In this document: positions 52,297 to 63,363 of the stretch, piece by piece | How positions within the stretch are numbered: position 1 is the first letter of the stretch | Layout of the letters: every line of letters begins with the position of its first letter | From: an uncultured Desulfatitalea sp. | GTDB taxonomy: Bacteria; Desulfobacterota; Desulfobacteria; Desulfobacterales; Desulfosarcinaceae | NCBI GenBank assembly: GCA_963668675.2 | Contig: CAXXMB010000002.1 | Coordinates: forward strand, 320,001-384,000 | DNA: 64,000 nucleotides | Direction: 5' to 3' | The notes under the pieces: generated by a model | Database searches by the model: none | What the model saw: the letters and a program-made list of their open reading frames with translations, nothing else | Told to the model about the DNA's origin: nothing | Position numbers and translations under genes: made by a program

Positions 52297-52899
52297 ATGG
52301 ATACTATTCGATTGATCATTGTAGCCGTTGGCGGCCAGGGCAACCTGCTGGCCTCCAAAGTATTGGGTGAAGCAGCCCTGCTGGCCGGTGTGCCGGTGCG
52401 TATGAGCGAAATCCACGGCATGGCCCAGCGCGGAGGCGTGGTCGAATCGGCCATTGTATTCGGAGATGCCAAAAGTAACATCATCTCCGACGCCGAAGCG
52501 GATATCCTGCTGGGTTTCGAACCCTCGGAAACCCTGCGGGCCCTAAACAAATGCAACCGGGAAACGGTGGTGATTACCAACATGTCACCCGTACCGCCGT
52601 TCACCGTGGCCATCGGCAAGGGAACCTATCCGGAATTGGAGCACATTCAAAAGCTTATCCAGTCCAAGACCAAGCGCCTGGTCGCATTTGACGCTATCTC
52701 GCTGGCCAAGTCAGCAGGCAATGTGATGGCGCTCAACATCGTCCTGCTGGGCGCCTTGATACAGACCCAATGCCTGCCGATTGCGTCCGAACAGCTCGAA
52801 GAGGCGATCCGCAGCAAAACCAAGGCCGCATTTGTCGAGACCAACCTGAAGGCATTTCGTTTGGGGTTCGATGCCGCCAAGCAGGCAATTGGCGCATGA
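52297..52899 (+). CDS. iorB: Indolepyruvate:ferredoxin oxidoreductase beta subunit
   Basis: VGGQGNLLAS, SEIHGMAQRGG, NLKAF. Confidence 0.95.
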   Translation: MDTIRLIIVAVGGQGNLLASKVLGEAALLAGVPVRMSEIHGMAQRGGVVESAIVFGDAKSNIISDAEADILLGFEPSETLRALNKCNRETVVITNMSPVPPFTVAIGKGTYPELEHIQKLIQSKTKRLVAFDAISLAKSAGNVMALNIVLLGALIQTQCLPIASEQLEEAIRSKTKAAFVETNLKAFRLGFDAAKQAIGA

Positions 52900-53006
52900 C
52901 ACGCTTCTCTTGCACCTAATGGTTCACAACTCCGGGCCCATAGATATCTTGTTGATAAAAATCAGTTATATCTATTGCCTGCGAAAAACACCTGAAGGTA
53001 CCGGAA

Positions 53007-53903
53007 ATGCAGCCCGATTATCTATCCCTATTAGCCAATATTCGTGACGGTGTCTATTTCACCGATACGGATCGACGCATCACCTACTGGAACAAAGCAG
53101 CGGAACACATTACCGGATACAGCGCCTCCGAGGTTGTCGGGCATCGCTGCCGGGATAATATCCTCATCCACGTGGATGATAAAGGGCGTAGCTTGTGCAA
53201 AGGCCGCTGCCCCCTAGCCGCAAGCATGATGGATCTGCAACCCAGAAATGCACGGGTCTTTTTGCATCACAAAGAGGGCCACCGGGTGCCGGTGCATGTG
53301 CGCTGCGCTCCCCTGACCGATGGTGACGGCAACTTGGCGGGGGGTGCCGAATTTTTCACCGATATCAGTAGCCAAGAGGCCTTGGAAATCCGTATCAAGG
53401 AGCTGGAAAGCCTGGCACTTCTGGATGCATTGACCCAGTTGCCCAACCGCAACCACTTGATCCCCGAACTGGAATCCCGCCTCCAGGAGAAGGTACGCTT
53501 GGGTTTGACCTTCGGTCTGTTATTTATGGACATCGACCACTTTAAACGGTTCAATGACACTTATGGCCATGACGCTGGCGACGAAGTGCTGCGCACGGTG
53601 GCCAAAACCATCACATCTGCGGTACGCCCATTTGATCTGGCGGGCCGCTGGGGTGGCGAGGAGCTTATCTGCATCGTCCGTAACGTGACCCCAGGGGAGC
53701 AATTGATGGGCATCGCCAATCGCTTGCGCAGGCTCATCGCAACATCGACCGTTCGAGCTAAAGATCAGATTCTGAGCGTCACTGTGTCCATGGGCGCCAC
53801 GATGGCGGTGGAATCCGACAACGTCGAAAGTCTGGTGAAACGTGCGGACCTGCTCATGTACAAAAGCAAAAAAAGTGGCCGCAACCAGGTTACATTGGGA
53901 TAG
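53007..53903 (+). CDS. PAS-GGDEF diguanylate cyclase
   Basis: PAS; DALTQLPNR, DIDHFKRFNDTYGH..GD, RPFD I-site, RWGGEEL. Confidence 0.92.
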   Translation: MQPDYLSLLANIRDGVYFTDTDRRITYWNKAAEHITGYSASEVVGHRCRDNILIHVDDKGRSLCKGRCPLAASMMDLQPRNARVFLHHKEGHRVPVHVRCAPLTDGDGNLAGGAEFFTDISSQEALEIRIKELESLALLDALTQLPNRNHLIPELESRLQEKVRLGLTFGLLFMDIDHFKRFNDTYGHDAGDEVLRTVAKTITSAVRPFDLAGRWGGEELICIVRNVTPGEQLMGIANRLRRLIATSTVRAKDQILSVTVSMGATMAVESDNVESLVKRADLLMYKSKKSGRNQVTLG

Positions 53904-53985
53904 TGCCCGCTGTGCAGGTAGCTGTATGCCTTAAAAGCAATGTCGCAGCCACGCACCGGCAGGCTGCCTCGAAGTCGAAAGCCTT

Positions 53986-55116
53986 ATGATGCAAAGGGGG
54001 CGAAAAAGATTGGTCGACATCTTTTGTAAAAGGCGGTGGCGGTATCTCGGCTTGCTGATACCGTGCATACAAATGCTGTTATGCTGCGGTCTTTGCGAAG
54101 CAGACATCTATAAATACCAGAAAGATGGTGTCTGGTACTATACGGACACCCCTCCGAAAGAGCTGCCTCCCGACAGTGAGACCATGATAGAGATTGCGCG
54201 GCAAGTGCCTGCGCAGGGGAGCGACGGTGAAACGCTGTTGGCCGACTTTCCGGCCGGCAATGCCATTGAACACGCCGCCACGGCAACCGTTGCAGTAAAA
54301 AGCACTCTGGGATACGGCAGCGGCTTCTTCATCTCGTCCCAGGGGCACATCATCACCAACAAGCACGTGGTCCGCGCCACCGCCGCCCAATCACAAAAAA
54401 ATGAAAACTATTTCAATACCGTCGAAAACCGGATCTCCGAGTTGGACAAGAAGTTCGCCGACGAACGGAACCGCCTGGCGCAATATCGCGACCGGATCGA
54501 TCGCCTGAAAAGGGCCGCAGAAGTGGAATCCGACCCGATACGAAGAGAATCCTACCGGGAAGATTATGAAGCGAACTCGCAAAGGTATGAAACGTGGCGC
54601 AGCGATCTGGGCAAACGAGAAAAAAAATATAAGGTTGAAAAGAAAAAATTCAGGGACGGCCGTCAGAATTTTATCTACAGTAAAAGCCTGGCCAATCTTT
54701 CTCAGCGCTTCACCATTGTGCTGGCCGACCAAACCGAACGCTATGCCCGCCTGTTAAAAATCAGCAAAGCCCACGACCTGGCCCTGCTCAAACTGGACGG
54801 CTACAGCACCCCGGCACTCACCCCCGCTTCGACCCATCAACTCAGGCAAACCGACCCGGTATACGCCATCGGCAATCCGGCCAAACAGCACAACTCGGTC
54901 ACCTCGGGCGTTTTTTCAGGTTTCGAAAAAGGCTTTTTGCAGACCAATGCACAGATCTATCCTGGCAACAGCGGCGGCCCACTGGTGACAGAAGATGGTC
55001 GGGTTGTGGGAATCAACACCTTTAAAAAGTTGACCCACAAATTTGAAGGCTTGGGGTTTGCGATTCCCATAGAAGTGGCCCTGAAAGAGTTCAGCGAACA
55101 TCTCCCCTTGAAGTAG
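53986..55116 (+). CDS. DUF4124 + trypsin-like serine protease with coiled-coil insertion
   Basis: ADIYKY...VWYYTDTPP; GSGFFI, TNKHVV, HDLALLK, GNSGGPL; start uncertain. Confidence 0.88.
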   Translation: MMQRGRKRLVDIFCKRRWRYLGLLIPCIQMLLCCGLCEADIYKYQKDGVWYYTDTPPKELPPDSETMIEIARQVPAQGSDGETLLADFPAGNAIEHAATATVAVKSTLGYGSGFFISSQGHIITNKHVVRATAAQSQKNENYFNTVENRISELDKKFADERNRLAQYRDRIDRLKRAAEVESDPIRRESYREDYEANSQRYETWRSDLGKREKKYKVEKKKFRDGRQNFIYSKSLANLSQRFTIVLADQTERYARLLKISKAHDLALLKLDGYSTPALTPASTHQLRQTDPVYAIGNPAKQHNSVTSGVFSGFEKGFLQTNAQIYPGNSGGPLVTEDGRVVGINTFKKLTHKFEGLGFAIPIEVALKEFSEHLPLK

Positions 55117-55207
55117 CGGTCGTCGGGTCAACAGCACAACTTTGAACGGAGATCGCCCCCTTATCAAGGAGGAGATGGAAAAGGCGCGTAATGCTTCTTT
55201 CCGTCTC

Positions 55208-56215
55208 TTATAACCGCCAGCCCCAATACTCGAGGAATCGGGCAAAATCCCACATATCCGAATCGCTCCGCCGCCACGGTTTCAGACTCGTATAAAAATG
55301 GTTGCCGTAAACCTCCGGATCACCATAAATCTTGTCGGTCCCTACAAAAAAATCGAGGCTGATCGCGCTCATCAGCAAGGTTTCAAACAGCTTGACCGAG
55401 CCTTTCACATGCCCCCGGAGAAACCCCTCATCGTAGTAGAAACTGGTCGTCTCCTGGCCGTATGGCAATTTCAACAGGGCCGCCATGGGGAGCGGACGCA
55501 TGGGGATCGAAGCGTAGCGGCTGCCACGCAGTCGATCCGATGGCACCACCTCCAGTTTCATGACGCGGTGCAGATCCGGGCGCAGATGGACCAGCACCCG
55601 GGGTTGTTCCACCGAACGGTAATTCAATTGGGGCGTGAGGGTTTCGCCATACACATCCATCGGCCGCGCCTGCCACCCTTCGGGCAGGGAGGATTCGGGC
55701 AGATGGTCTGTTGGAATGATGGCCAGGTAACAGCCGCAGGTATGCACGGTGGTGACCAGCACCGGCTCCTGACGTTGGTTCAGCGTGACGACCACCATCA
55801 GGCCCACATTACTGCCGGCAGTGAGATTAAAGGGGATCAGGCTGTAGGGAATGGCGGGAAAATGAACCCGATAGATCAGATTATGATAGCGACCCTTATC
55901 GGTCACAAAATCCCGCTGCATAAAAAAAATCGCCGGCTGGTCGGGATTGATCTCGATCGCTTCGTTGCCGCCGCCGGTCCGCCGGGCCACCGGCTGTCCG
56001 ATTCGGTTATGGGGTTCGGCGTGCCCATAGGTCACAAAGGCGGGCGCCCACCGGCGCACCTGTTCATCTGGAACCGCCCCTGTCTCACCGATTTCATAGA
56101 CCGTCAGGGGCGTCTCTTCAGGCAACGGCCTGATACCGGCACACCCCTGCCAAAACACCAGTGAAATGATGATCAGCAACCAGGCCAATCGTGTCGCTCG
56201 GTTATGATTTGACAT
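55208..56215 (-). CDS. Hypothetical lipoprotein
   Basis: Signal peptide with WQGC lipobox; VHTCGCY motif; long open frame. Confidence 0.75.
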   Translation of the reverse strand: MSNHNRATRLAWLLIIISLVFWQGCAGIRPLPEETPLTVYEIGETGAVPDEQVRRWAPAFVTYGHAEPHNRIGQPVARRTGGGNEAIEINPDQPAIFFMQRDFVTDKGRYHNLIYRVHFPAIPYSLIPFNLTAGSNVGLMVVVTLNQRQEPVLVTTVHTCGCYLAIIPTDHLPESSLPEGWQARPMDVYGETLTPQLNYRSVEQPRVLVHLRPDLHRVMKLEVVPSDRLRGSRYASIPMRPLPMAALLKLPYGQETTSFYYDEGFLRGHVKGSVKLFETLLMSAISLDFFVGTDKIYGDPEVYGNHFYTSLKPWRRSDSDMWDFARFLEYWGWRL

Positions 56216-56300
56216 CGGATTCACCATTTGTAAGATAGCGCGTTAACGCGATTTGTGAACACAGCAAAACCTTTGATAACACTAAAACATAAAAACGGCC

Positions 56301-57170
56301 ATGTCATCACAACAGCATTTTTCAAAAAATAGCGTCACTCCATCTCTCAAGGTGCCTGGCGAAGTCTACCTGTGTCAGGTGAACGAAAAGGTCTCCTGCG
56401 GCGCCTGTTGCGGACTGTACAACGTTGCCGACACGTCCAAGACCACTCTTACTGCTATGCTGAAACATCGCAGCGACCAGTTTCGAAGTACCCCTCGAAC
56501 TGTTGCATCCATCGATGATTTCGTTCGCATGGTTCAAAAGATAGAGCCTCAGCAACGGCCATTTCCCCAGTTTCACCACTGTCCGTTCATCGGTCTCATC
56601 GGCGAGGGAGAACAGCGGGTGGGTTGCCTGCTGCACCCCCTTGGCCAGGGAAACGACGGCGTCGATTTTCGCGGATTGAGCTACTATGGCGGCCTGGCCT
56701 GCAGAACCTATTTCTGCCCGTCAACCCACGCGCTTCCGGCCCGCTTCAAACGGATTCTGTGCACCTGTATGGAGGATTGGTACGCCTATGGGCTAATCGT
56801 CACCGAGTCGGCCCTGTTGAGAGCCCTGTTCCACAGTCTGGAGGCCATGCTCGGCCGCCCCCTGGTGCCAACCCTTTTCGAGAAGAACCCGCAAGCCGGG
56901 CAACGCCTGTCTGAACTGCTCCAGCTCAAGATCGACTGGCCCCATCGCCCCCCTGATGCCGATACGCCCTGCCACCACTTCTTCCTTGACGCCAGCTATG
57001 ATAAACCGGCCATCGACTACACGGCCCTCGGTGTACCCGTCTCGACCTTCGATGATATCCTCGTTGAACTGGTATCGGGATTCCATAAACCGGAGGAGTT
57101 GACCGACGCAGAGACGCGCATTGAAATGGCGCTTGTATCTGTTGCTGCGGCGCTTGAATCATCAATTTGA
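56301..57170 (+). CDS. Cys-cluster (probable Fe-S/Zn) hypothetical protein
   Basis: LC...SCGACCGLYN, HCPFIG, VGCLLHP, ACRTYFCP. Confidence 0.75.
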   Translation: MSSQQHFSKNSVTPSLKVPGEVYLCQVNEKVSCGACCGLYNVADTSKTTLTAMLKHRSDQFRSTPRTVASIDDFVRMVQKIEPQQRPFPQFHHCPFIGLIGEGEQRVGCLLHPLGQGNDGVDFRGLSYYGGLACRTYFCPSTHALPARFKRILCTCMEDWYAYGLIVTESALLRALFHSLEAMLGRPLVPTLFEKNPQAGQRLSELLQLKIDWPHRPPDADTPCHHFFLDASYDKPAIDYTALGVPVSTFDDILVELVSGFHKPEELTDAETRIEMALVSVAAALESSI

Positions 57171-57203
57171 CATCCGGCGATTTATGTCAATCCATTTAGA
57201 GTA

Positions 57204-58193
57204 ATGCACATACACAACTTAGATAAATGGGCTCACGCCCACAATTTCCAAATTCAGGACCGGGCCAGCGAACGCCGCGTGTTGTGGGTGGTAGTACTGA
57301 CCCTCTTCACCATGGCCGCCGAAATTTCCGCCGGCATCCTCTTCGGCTCGATGGCACTTCTGGCGGACGGATGGCACATGGGCACCCACGCCGCTGCTTT
57401 GGGAATTACGGCCCTGGCTTACCGCCTCGCACGCAAACACGCCCAGGATCGACGCTTCACCTTCGGCACGGGAAAAATCGGTGTATTGGGCGGTTACAGC
57501 AGCGCAATCGTCTTGGCAGTGGTCGCCCTGCTCATGGCCGTCGAATCACTGGAGCGGCTCTTCCATCCTCAGTCGATACGGTTTAACGAAGCATTGATGG
57601 TGGCCGTACTGGGATTGGTTGTCAACCTGGTCAGCGCCCTGATGCTCCAAAAACCGCATCACCAAGAAGGGCCACACGTCAGCGATGAAGTGCATGAACA
57701 TCACCATGATCATCACCACCATCATGCCGGACACGACCACAACATGCGCAGCGCCTATATGCACGTCATCGCTGACGCGCTCACATCGCTGCTGGCCATC
57801 GCCGCTCTGATCGCCGGTAAAATGTGGAACTGGATCTGGATGGATGCCATGATGGGAATTGTGGGGGCCGTCATCATCGGCTATTGGGCCCGCGGCCTTT
57901 TGAGAGATACAGCAAGCATCCTTCTCGACCGGGTAAATGACCAACAGATCATAGAGCGCGTATACACCCTCATCGAATCCGATGCCGACAATCGCATTGC
58001 TGACCTGCACATATGGAACATCGGGTCTAACCAGATGGCCGCCATCGTCTCCATTGTCACCCACTCCGCCCGTCCGCCCGACCATTACAAACAGCTGCTC
58101 GCACCCATTGAAGCGTTGGCACACCTCACTGTCGAGGTCATAGACTGTCAGACAGAATCGTGTATCCCCGTCGACGGCAACGTTGCCAAATAG
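57204..58193 (+). CDS. dmeF: CDF family Co/Ni/Zn efflux transporter (DmeF-like)
   Basis: SMALLADGWHM, TFGTGK, His-rich loop HEHHHDHHHHHAGHDH, NMRSAYMHVIADA, HLTVEV. Confidence 0.9.
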   Translation: MHIHNLDKWAHAHNFQIQDRASERRVLWVVVLTLFTMAAEISAGILFGSMALLADGWHMGTHAAALGITALAYRLARKHAQDRRFTFGTGKIGVLGGYSSAIVLAVVALLMAVESLERLFHPQSIRFNEALMVAVLGLVVNLVSALMLQKPHHQEGPHVSDEVHEHHHDHHHHHAGHDHNMRSAYMHVIADALTSLLAIAALIAGKMWNWIWMDAMMGIVGAVIIGYWARGLLRDTASILLDRVNDQQIIERVYTLIESDADNRIADLHIWNIGSNQMAAIVSIVTHSARPPDHYKQLLAPIEALAHLTVEVIDCQTESCIPVDGNVAK

Positions 58194-58318
58194 GTGGGTT
58201 TGTTTTAATAACGGAGAGCATGCTGCAACTGCTTCGCTCTAGCAGCAAGTGACATCCTTTGGATCTTGAAATCAAAAAACAACCCAGGGGGCCGACCCAA
58301 CGCCTGGCAATAGAAACG

Positions 58319-59233
58319 ATGCAACAGCGATACTACGACTTAAATACCTATTTCAAAAATATTTTTGGATGCAGGGTGCATAAACTGACGGTGGACGCCG
58401 GGCTCACCTGTCCCAACCGGGACGGCAGCCTGGGACGCGGTGGGTGCATCTACTGCAACGAACGCGGTTCGGGCACCGGGGCGCGTGTAAAAGGGCTCTC
58501 CATCACCGAGCAGCTTGAAGCCAGCAAAGCGCCGGTGGCCAAGCGCTTCAAGGCCAAAAAATTCATGGCCTATTTCCAGTCGTTCTCCAACACCTATGCA
58601 CCCCTTGAGCAGCTCCGGAGCATGTATGATGAGGCTTTGGCCGTGTCCAATATCGTGGGGCTGGCCATCGGTACACGGCCCGATTGTGTGGACGATGCCA
58701 AATTGTCGCTGCTGGAGCAATATGCCCGCGACCACCTGATCTGGTTGGAGTACGGCCTGCAGTCGGCCCACGATCAAACCCTGGCCGCCATTAACCGCGG
58801 CCACGACGTGGCCGCTTTCAAAACAGCGGTAATGGCTACGGTCGGCAGAGGGATCAACATCTGCGCCCACATGATCCTCGGCCTGCCGGGCGAGACGGCC
58901 GACCATATGCGCGCCACTGCTGATTATATCGCCAGGTTACCCATAGACGGCATCAAATTGCACCTGCTCTATGTGGTGAAGGAAACCCCCATGGCAACAC
59001 TTTACCGCTCGGGCACATATCGCTGCCTCGATCAGTGGGAGTATGTTGATCTGGTCTGTGATGTCATTGAACGGTTGCCCAGGCATGTGGTCATTCAGAG
59101 GTTGACCGGAGATCCCCACCCCAAAGAGCTGCTGGCTCCCCGTTGGGCATTGGAAAAAAACCAAACCCTCCATATGATACAAGAGCGCATGCACCGACGG
59201 GACACACATCAAGGTAAGATATTGATTGCATGA
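58319..59233 (+). CDS. Radical SAM protein, TIGR01212/YhcC family
   Basis: GLTCPNRDG...GGCIYC, AYFQSFSNTY, IGTRPDC, EYGLQS, INRGH, RLTGD. Confidence 0.92.
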   Translation: MQQRYYDLNTYFKNIFGCRVHKLTVDAGLTCPNRDGSLGRGGCIYCNERGSGTGARVKGLSITEQLEASKAPVAKRFKAKKFMAYFQSFSNTYAPLEQLRSMYDEALAVSNIVGLAIGTRPDCVDDAKLSLLEQYARDHLIWLEYGLQSAHDQTLAAINRGHDVAAFKTAVMATVGRGINICAHMILGLPGETADHMRATADYIARLPIDGIKLHLLYVVKETPMATLYRSGTYRCLDQWEYVDLVCDVIERLPRHVVIQRLTGDPHPKELLAPRWALEKNQTLHMIQERMHRRDTHQGKILIA

Positions 59234-59306
59234 GATTAAACAAAATCAAAAACGATCGGAAACAAACGTGCCCCATAACGTTTGCTGAATTAGCAAAAGG
59301 TACAAT

Positions 59307-59340
59307 AAAAAAGGGCGCCCCCTCTAAGAAGGGGCGCCCT
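59307..59340 (-). terminator. Rho-independent terminator of the cold-shock gene
   Basis: AGGGCGCCCC-TTCTTAGAG-GGGGCGCCCT followed by a T-run on the minus strand. Confidence 0.8.
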
Positions 59341-59361
59341 CAAAATTTAGGCCGTCGCTAT

Positions 59362-59565
59362 TTACTGTACAGTCACATTGACTGCCGAAGGTCCCTTGGG
59401 ACCCTGCTGGATATCGAAGGTGACTTTTTCGCCTTCGTTGAGCGACTTGAAACCACTGGCGTTGATACCGGTGTGATGTACGAATACATCCGGACCGCCA
59501 TCTTCCTGCTCAATAAATCCATAACCTTTGCTGCTATTAAACCACTTTACTGTTCCACTTGGCAT
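59362..59565 (-). CDS. Cold-shock protein (CspA family)
   Basis: GTVKWFN..KGYGFI, DVFVH, GFKSL.EG; AAGGAGG RBS. Confidence 0.95.
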   Translation of the reverse strand: MPSGTVKWFNSSKGYGFIEQEDGGPDVFVHHTGINASGFKSLNEGEKVTFDIQQGPKGPSAVNVTVQ

Positions 59566-59968
59566 AGTAACATCCTCCTTTCTTAAATAATTCTCAAAGC
59601 TTCAAACTTGAGGATGTCACCTGGAACTCATCGGACTTTCCTTAAGCACGAAACTGCCCGCCAATGAAGATCGGGCCTTTATTGATTGAAAGTACAGTAG
59701 CACTTTCTTAGCGAAAATCAAGTATTTTATGTTCTTTACCAGTTTTTTTACATGCCGGGCGGCAGCGGCATCGAAGTGAAAATGGCATCCGAAATCATCA
59801 CCCTTTATCTTTCGTCACCCGGCACCCAACCGACGTTCGACTTCAGGCCGACGCGATATGTTACCTTTTACATACAGGCGTCCATGCTTATCATTCTAAA
59901 AACAGTGTCATCGACTAAACCGCCATCCGCACCTCCCATAGTATAAATGTCAATCAAAGGAGAGGGTT

Positions 59969-60448
59969 ATGAAAACGGCAGAAGACATATTGAACAACAA
60001 GGGGCCCGGCCCCATCATCAGCGTCGCGCCTGACCGGTTGCTGTCGGATGCCATCGCCAAAATGAACGATGCCAATATCGGCGCCATCCTTGTTGAAGAT
60101 AAGGGTGAAATCGTCGGCATCTGGACGGAGCGTGACTTGCTGCGGGCTGCCAACCGCCCCGATTTTCGACCGGACTCGGCTGCCATAGGCGATCATATGC
60201 AATCCAAACTGCACAGCGCCAACTTCGACACCTCGGTTGAACAGCTGGAGGAGATGTTTCTCGGGCTATATATTCGCCACATCCTCATCAAAAAGGAGGA
60301 CCGCTTCATCGGGCTGCTCTCCATCGGCGACGTACTGCGGGCCAGCCTCCTGGGTAAGGACAAGCAGATCAAAAAACTCAACTCCATCGCCAGCTGGCAA
60401 TATTATGAAAACTGGGGTTGGGATCGAAAAAAACGCGGTGAATCTTAG
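59969..60448 (+). CDS. CBS-domain protein
   Basis: IGAILV..GIWTERD, IRHIL...GLLSIGD CBS pair. Confidence 0.88.
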   Translation: MKTAEDILNNKGPGPIISVAPDRLLSDAIAKMNDANIGAILVEDKGEIVGIWTERDLLRAANRPDFRPDSAAIGDHMQSKLHSANFDTSVEQLEEMFLGLYIRHILIKKEDRFIGLLSIGDVLRASLLGKDKQIKKLNSIASWQYYENWGWDRKKRGES

Positions 60449-61585
60449 CTATCGGTAGAGCTGAGACTCACCTATTCGCGCCTGGGAATGAGGTGCGGCA
60501 ACCACTGAAGCCAAATGGTCTGACGAAGAGAAGCGGGATAACTCGCCGAGTGTCCCATCCTGTTCGGAGCCTTCCTGGTGATCGCGATGGCGACCGGCTC
60601 CTTTCGGTTGCGGTGAAAATGCCCATCCATAAACCCCACTGCGGTCGAAATAGTAGCTCACCACACGCCCCTGGCTCTCCTGGCAGGTCCATACCTCTAT
60701 GGATCGACGTTTGGCAGGCCGATGGGAGAGCGGCCGCGCGCCGAACAGGCGCAGGTACTCATGTGCCTGGGAGGCGAACCGGATGACGATGGGCCGATCT
60801 TCATCCCGCCCCATCTCCGATGTGACAGCGCCTTTGGCCACATCTTCCTGGGCGGTCAGACGCCCCAGAAAATCACGGGCGTCCACATTAAAGGGGTCGA
60901 TGGTGAGGGCCGAGCGCAGATGGGCCTTTATTGAAGTAGCGGGAATGCCGGCGTAAAAGCCTGCGATACCGTAAGCGGCGTGCCAACTCGCCACCTGATC
61001 TCCACCCTGCTCCCGGGCGGAGTGCAGCACGCCCAAGGCTCCATTGATATCACGCCGGCGAAGCTTGGACTTGGCATCTTGAACCAGTGCTTCCACGGCC
61101 ACCCGGTCGGCATTGACGCGTTGGTCTTTGCCCTTCAGCCGCCCCGAGACCACCTGGGCCAGATAGATCTCCACCCGCCGGTTCAAGGCGCGTCCGGCCT
61201 GGGTCTTGTTGTCTCCGACCGGGTTCTCGTCTCCCCTGCCCATGGCGACCACATTCCGGCCATCCATTCCGAGTCCGCTGACAATCTCTTTTCGGACGTT
61301 TTGGGCGCGCTGGTAGGAGAGGTCGATATTCTTCTCGGACTCGCCGCTGTTGTCGGAATGACCGACCACCAGGATTTTGTCTCCCGCTTTCAAGCCGCAT
61401 TCACCAAGGTAGTGACGTAATCTGGCGCGATCACTGTCGCCAACCGCCGTCTTGCCGTTGTCGAATCGGACCACCAGGGGAGCCCCTTCGATGATGGCCG
61501 CCTCTTGTTCGGCGACGCACAGACCGGCCACCCCCAGCACGAGGATCATACCAAAAAACCGACAGATATAGCTTGCTGCACCCAT
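60449..61585 (-). CDS. OmpA-family peptidoglycan-binding protein with TPR-like C-terminal region
   Basis: Signal peptide; VRFD, GHSDNSG...N..LSYQRA..V, GRGDENP...N....GRALNRRVEI. Confidence 0.85.
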   Translation of the reverse strand: MGAASYICRFFGMILVLGVAGLCVAEQEAAIIEGAPLVVRFDNGKTAVGDSDRARLRHYLGECGLKAGDKILVVGHSDNSGESEKNIDLSYQRAQNVRKEIVSGLGMDGRNVVAMGRGDENPVGDNKTQAGRALNRRVEIYLAQVVSGRLKGKDQRVNADRVAVEALVQDAKSKLRRRDINGALGVLHSAREQGGDQVASWHAAYGIAGFYAGIPATSIKAHLRSALTIDPFNVDARDFLGRLTAQEDVAKGAVTSEMGRDEDRPIVIRFASQAHEYLRLFGARPLSHRPAKRRSIEVWTCQESQGRVVSYYFDRSGVYGWAFSPQPKGAGRHRDHQEGSEQDGTLGELSRFSSSDHLASVVAAPHSQARIGESQLYR

Positions 61586-61722
61586 AGACCGCATTCCCTT
61601 CTTCTCCGTCCGAAACAATGGCGCTCTTCACGTCTGGTATCGGCTCGAAACGCTTCGGACTTAAGGGCGCGCCGCGATGCGGCCCTCTTCTATGGGTGTC
61701 GCGTCAGGAGGGGAAAACCATT

Positions 61723-63363
61723 TCAGACAGGATTGAACCGTTTGGCCAACGGGTAGCGGCGCCCCTCTCCGAACGCCTTGGGCGTCACCTTGAGCCCGGG
61801 TGCGGCCTGATGACGCTTGTACTCATTGCGGTCCACGCGGGCAGTGATGTCCGCCACCGCCTGGGGATCGTGGCCGGCAGCCACCAACTCATCGGCAGAC
61901 ATGACCCGCTCCACGTACCCCTCCAGGATGGCATCGATCACTTCGTACGGCGGCAGGTCGTCCTGATCGGTCTGATCGGGCTTGAGTTCGGCTGAGGGAG
62001 CCTTATCCAGAATCCGCCGGGGGATCACCTCGCCGCTGCTATTGATCAGGCGACTGATCTCATAGACGAGGGTTTTGGGAACATCGGATATGACGGCCAG
62101 TCCGCCGTTCATGTCGCCATAGAGGGTACAGTACCCCACCGCCAGCTCGCTCTTGTTGCCCGTGGAGAGCACCAGGCAGCCGTCCCGGTTGGAGACGCCC
62201 ATGAGCAGGGTGCCGCGAATCCTGGCCTGCAGGTTCTGTTCGGTGAGCGACAGCTCGGCCGCATCGGCATCGGGAACCAGCAAACGGGTAAACCCCTGGT
62301 ACAGTTCGTCGATGGGGATGATGGTGTGGTCGACCCCTAAATTGTCGGCCAGCCGGCGGGTATCCTCGTAGTTGTCCTGGGACGTGTACTGCGACGGCAT
62401 GAAGATGGTCGCCACGCTCTGCGCTCCCAGCGCTTTGACGGCGATATATGCGGTCAGGGCCGAATCGATGCCGCCCGACAGCCCAATGAGCGCCTTGCGA
62501 AATCCGCATTTGGTCACATAGTCGCGTGTTCCCATGATCAGGGCTTGGAGCACGGCCTCAGTTTCCGAACCGCAGACCGGATGAAGCTCTCCCTCACCGC
62601 TGACCATATCGTACACCACCATGTCCTCTACAAATTCAGAGGCCCGGGCCACAATTTGTCCGTTGGCATCGAAAACAGCGCTGGCCCCGTCGAACAGGAT
62701 ATGGTCGTTTCCGCCGACCTGATTGCAGAACACGAAGGTGACGTTGTGCTTACGGGCCAAGCCGGAGAGCATGCTGTCACGAAACTCCCGCTTGCCCTTG
62801 TGAAACGGCGATGCGGAAATATTAATCAACAGGTCCGCCCCCTCCTCTACCAGCTGGGCCACCGGATCGCGGCGGTAGAGGTGGTGGTGGAACACGTCCT
62901 TGTCGTTCCAAGCATCTTCGCAAATTGTCAGCCCGATGCGGCGCCCCTTGTAGACCAATGGACGGGTCGGTTCCCCCGGTTCGAAGTGGCGCTGCTCATC
63001 GAAGACATCGTAGGTCGGTAAAAGCTGTTTATTGGCCTGGTGCAGAACCCGGCCATCCTCGAACAGCACGGCCGTGTTAAAGAGCGCCTTGCCGGCCTCA
63101 TCCGGGTTACCGGTCACCAGCCCGCAGATCACCCCAATACCACGAATCTTTTTCACCAGTGCCGCCAGACACTTCTCATTGGCCTCCAAAAAAGCCCTCT
63201 GTTCCAGAAGATCCCGCGGCGGATATCCACACAGGACCAATTCCGGAAAGACGGCCAGGTCACACCCCCGGTCCTTTGCGCGTTCGCAACCCGCGACGAT
63301 CATATCGAATTGACGCTTGAAATCACCGATCAGCGGATTCATTTGAAGGATGGCAACTCTCAT
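61723..63363 (-). CDS. nadE: Glutamine-dependent NAD+ synthetase
   Basis: Nitrilase domain ([27 protein letters not shown]) plus [29 protein letters not shown]. Confidence 0.96.
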   Translation of the reverse strand: MRVAILQMNPLIGDFKRQFDMIVAGCERAKDRGCDLAVFPELVLCGYPPRDLLEQRAFLEANEKCLAALVKKIRGIGVICGLVTGNPDEAGKALFNTAVLFEDGRVLHQANKQLLPTYDVFDEQRHFEPGEPTRPLVYKGRRIGLTICEDAWNDKDVFHHHLYRRDPVAQLVEEGADLLINISASPFHKGKREFRDSMLSGLARKHNVTFVFCNQVGGNDHILFDGASAVFDANGQIVARASEFVEDMVVYDMVSGEGELHPVCGSETEAVLQALIMGTRDYVTKCGFRKALIGLSGGIDSALTAYIAVKALGAQSVATIFMPSQYTSQDNYEDTRRLADNLGVDHTIIPIDELYQGFTRLLVPDADAAELSLTEQNLQARIRGTLLMGVSNRDGCLVLSTGNKSELAVGYCTLYGDMNGGLAVISDVPKTLVYEISRLINSSGEVIPRRILDKAPSAELKPDQTDQDDLPPYEVIDAILEGYVERVMSADELVAAGHDPQAVADITARVDRNEYKRHQAAPGLKVTPKAFGEGRRYPLAKRFNPV

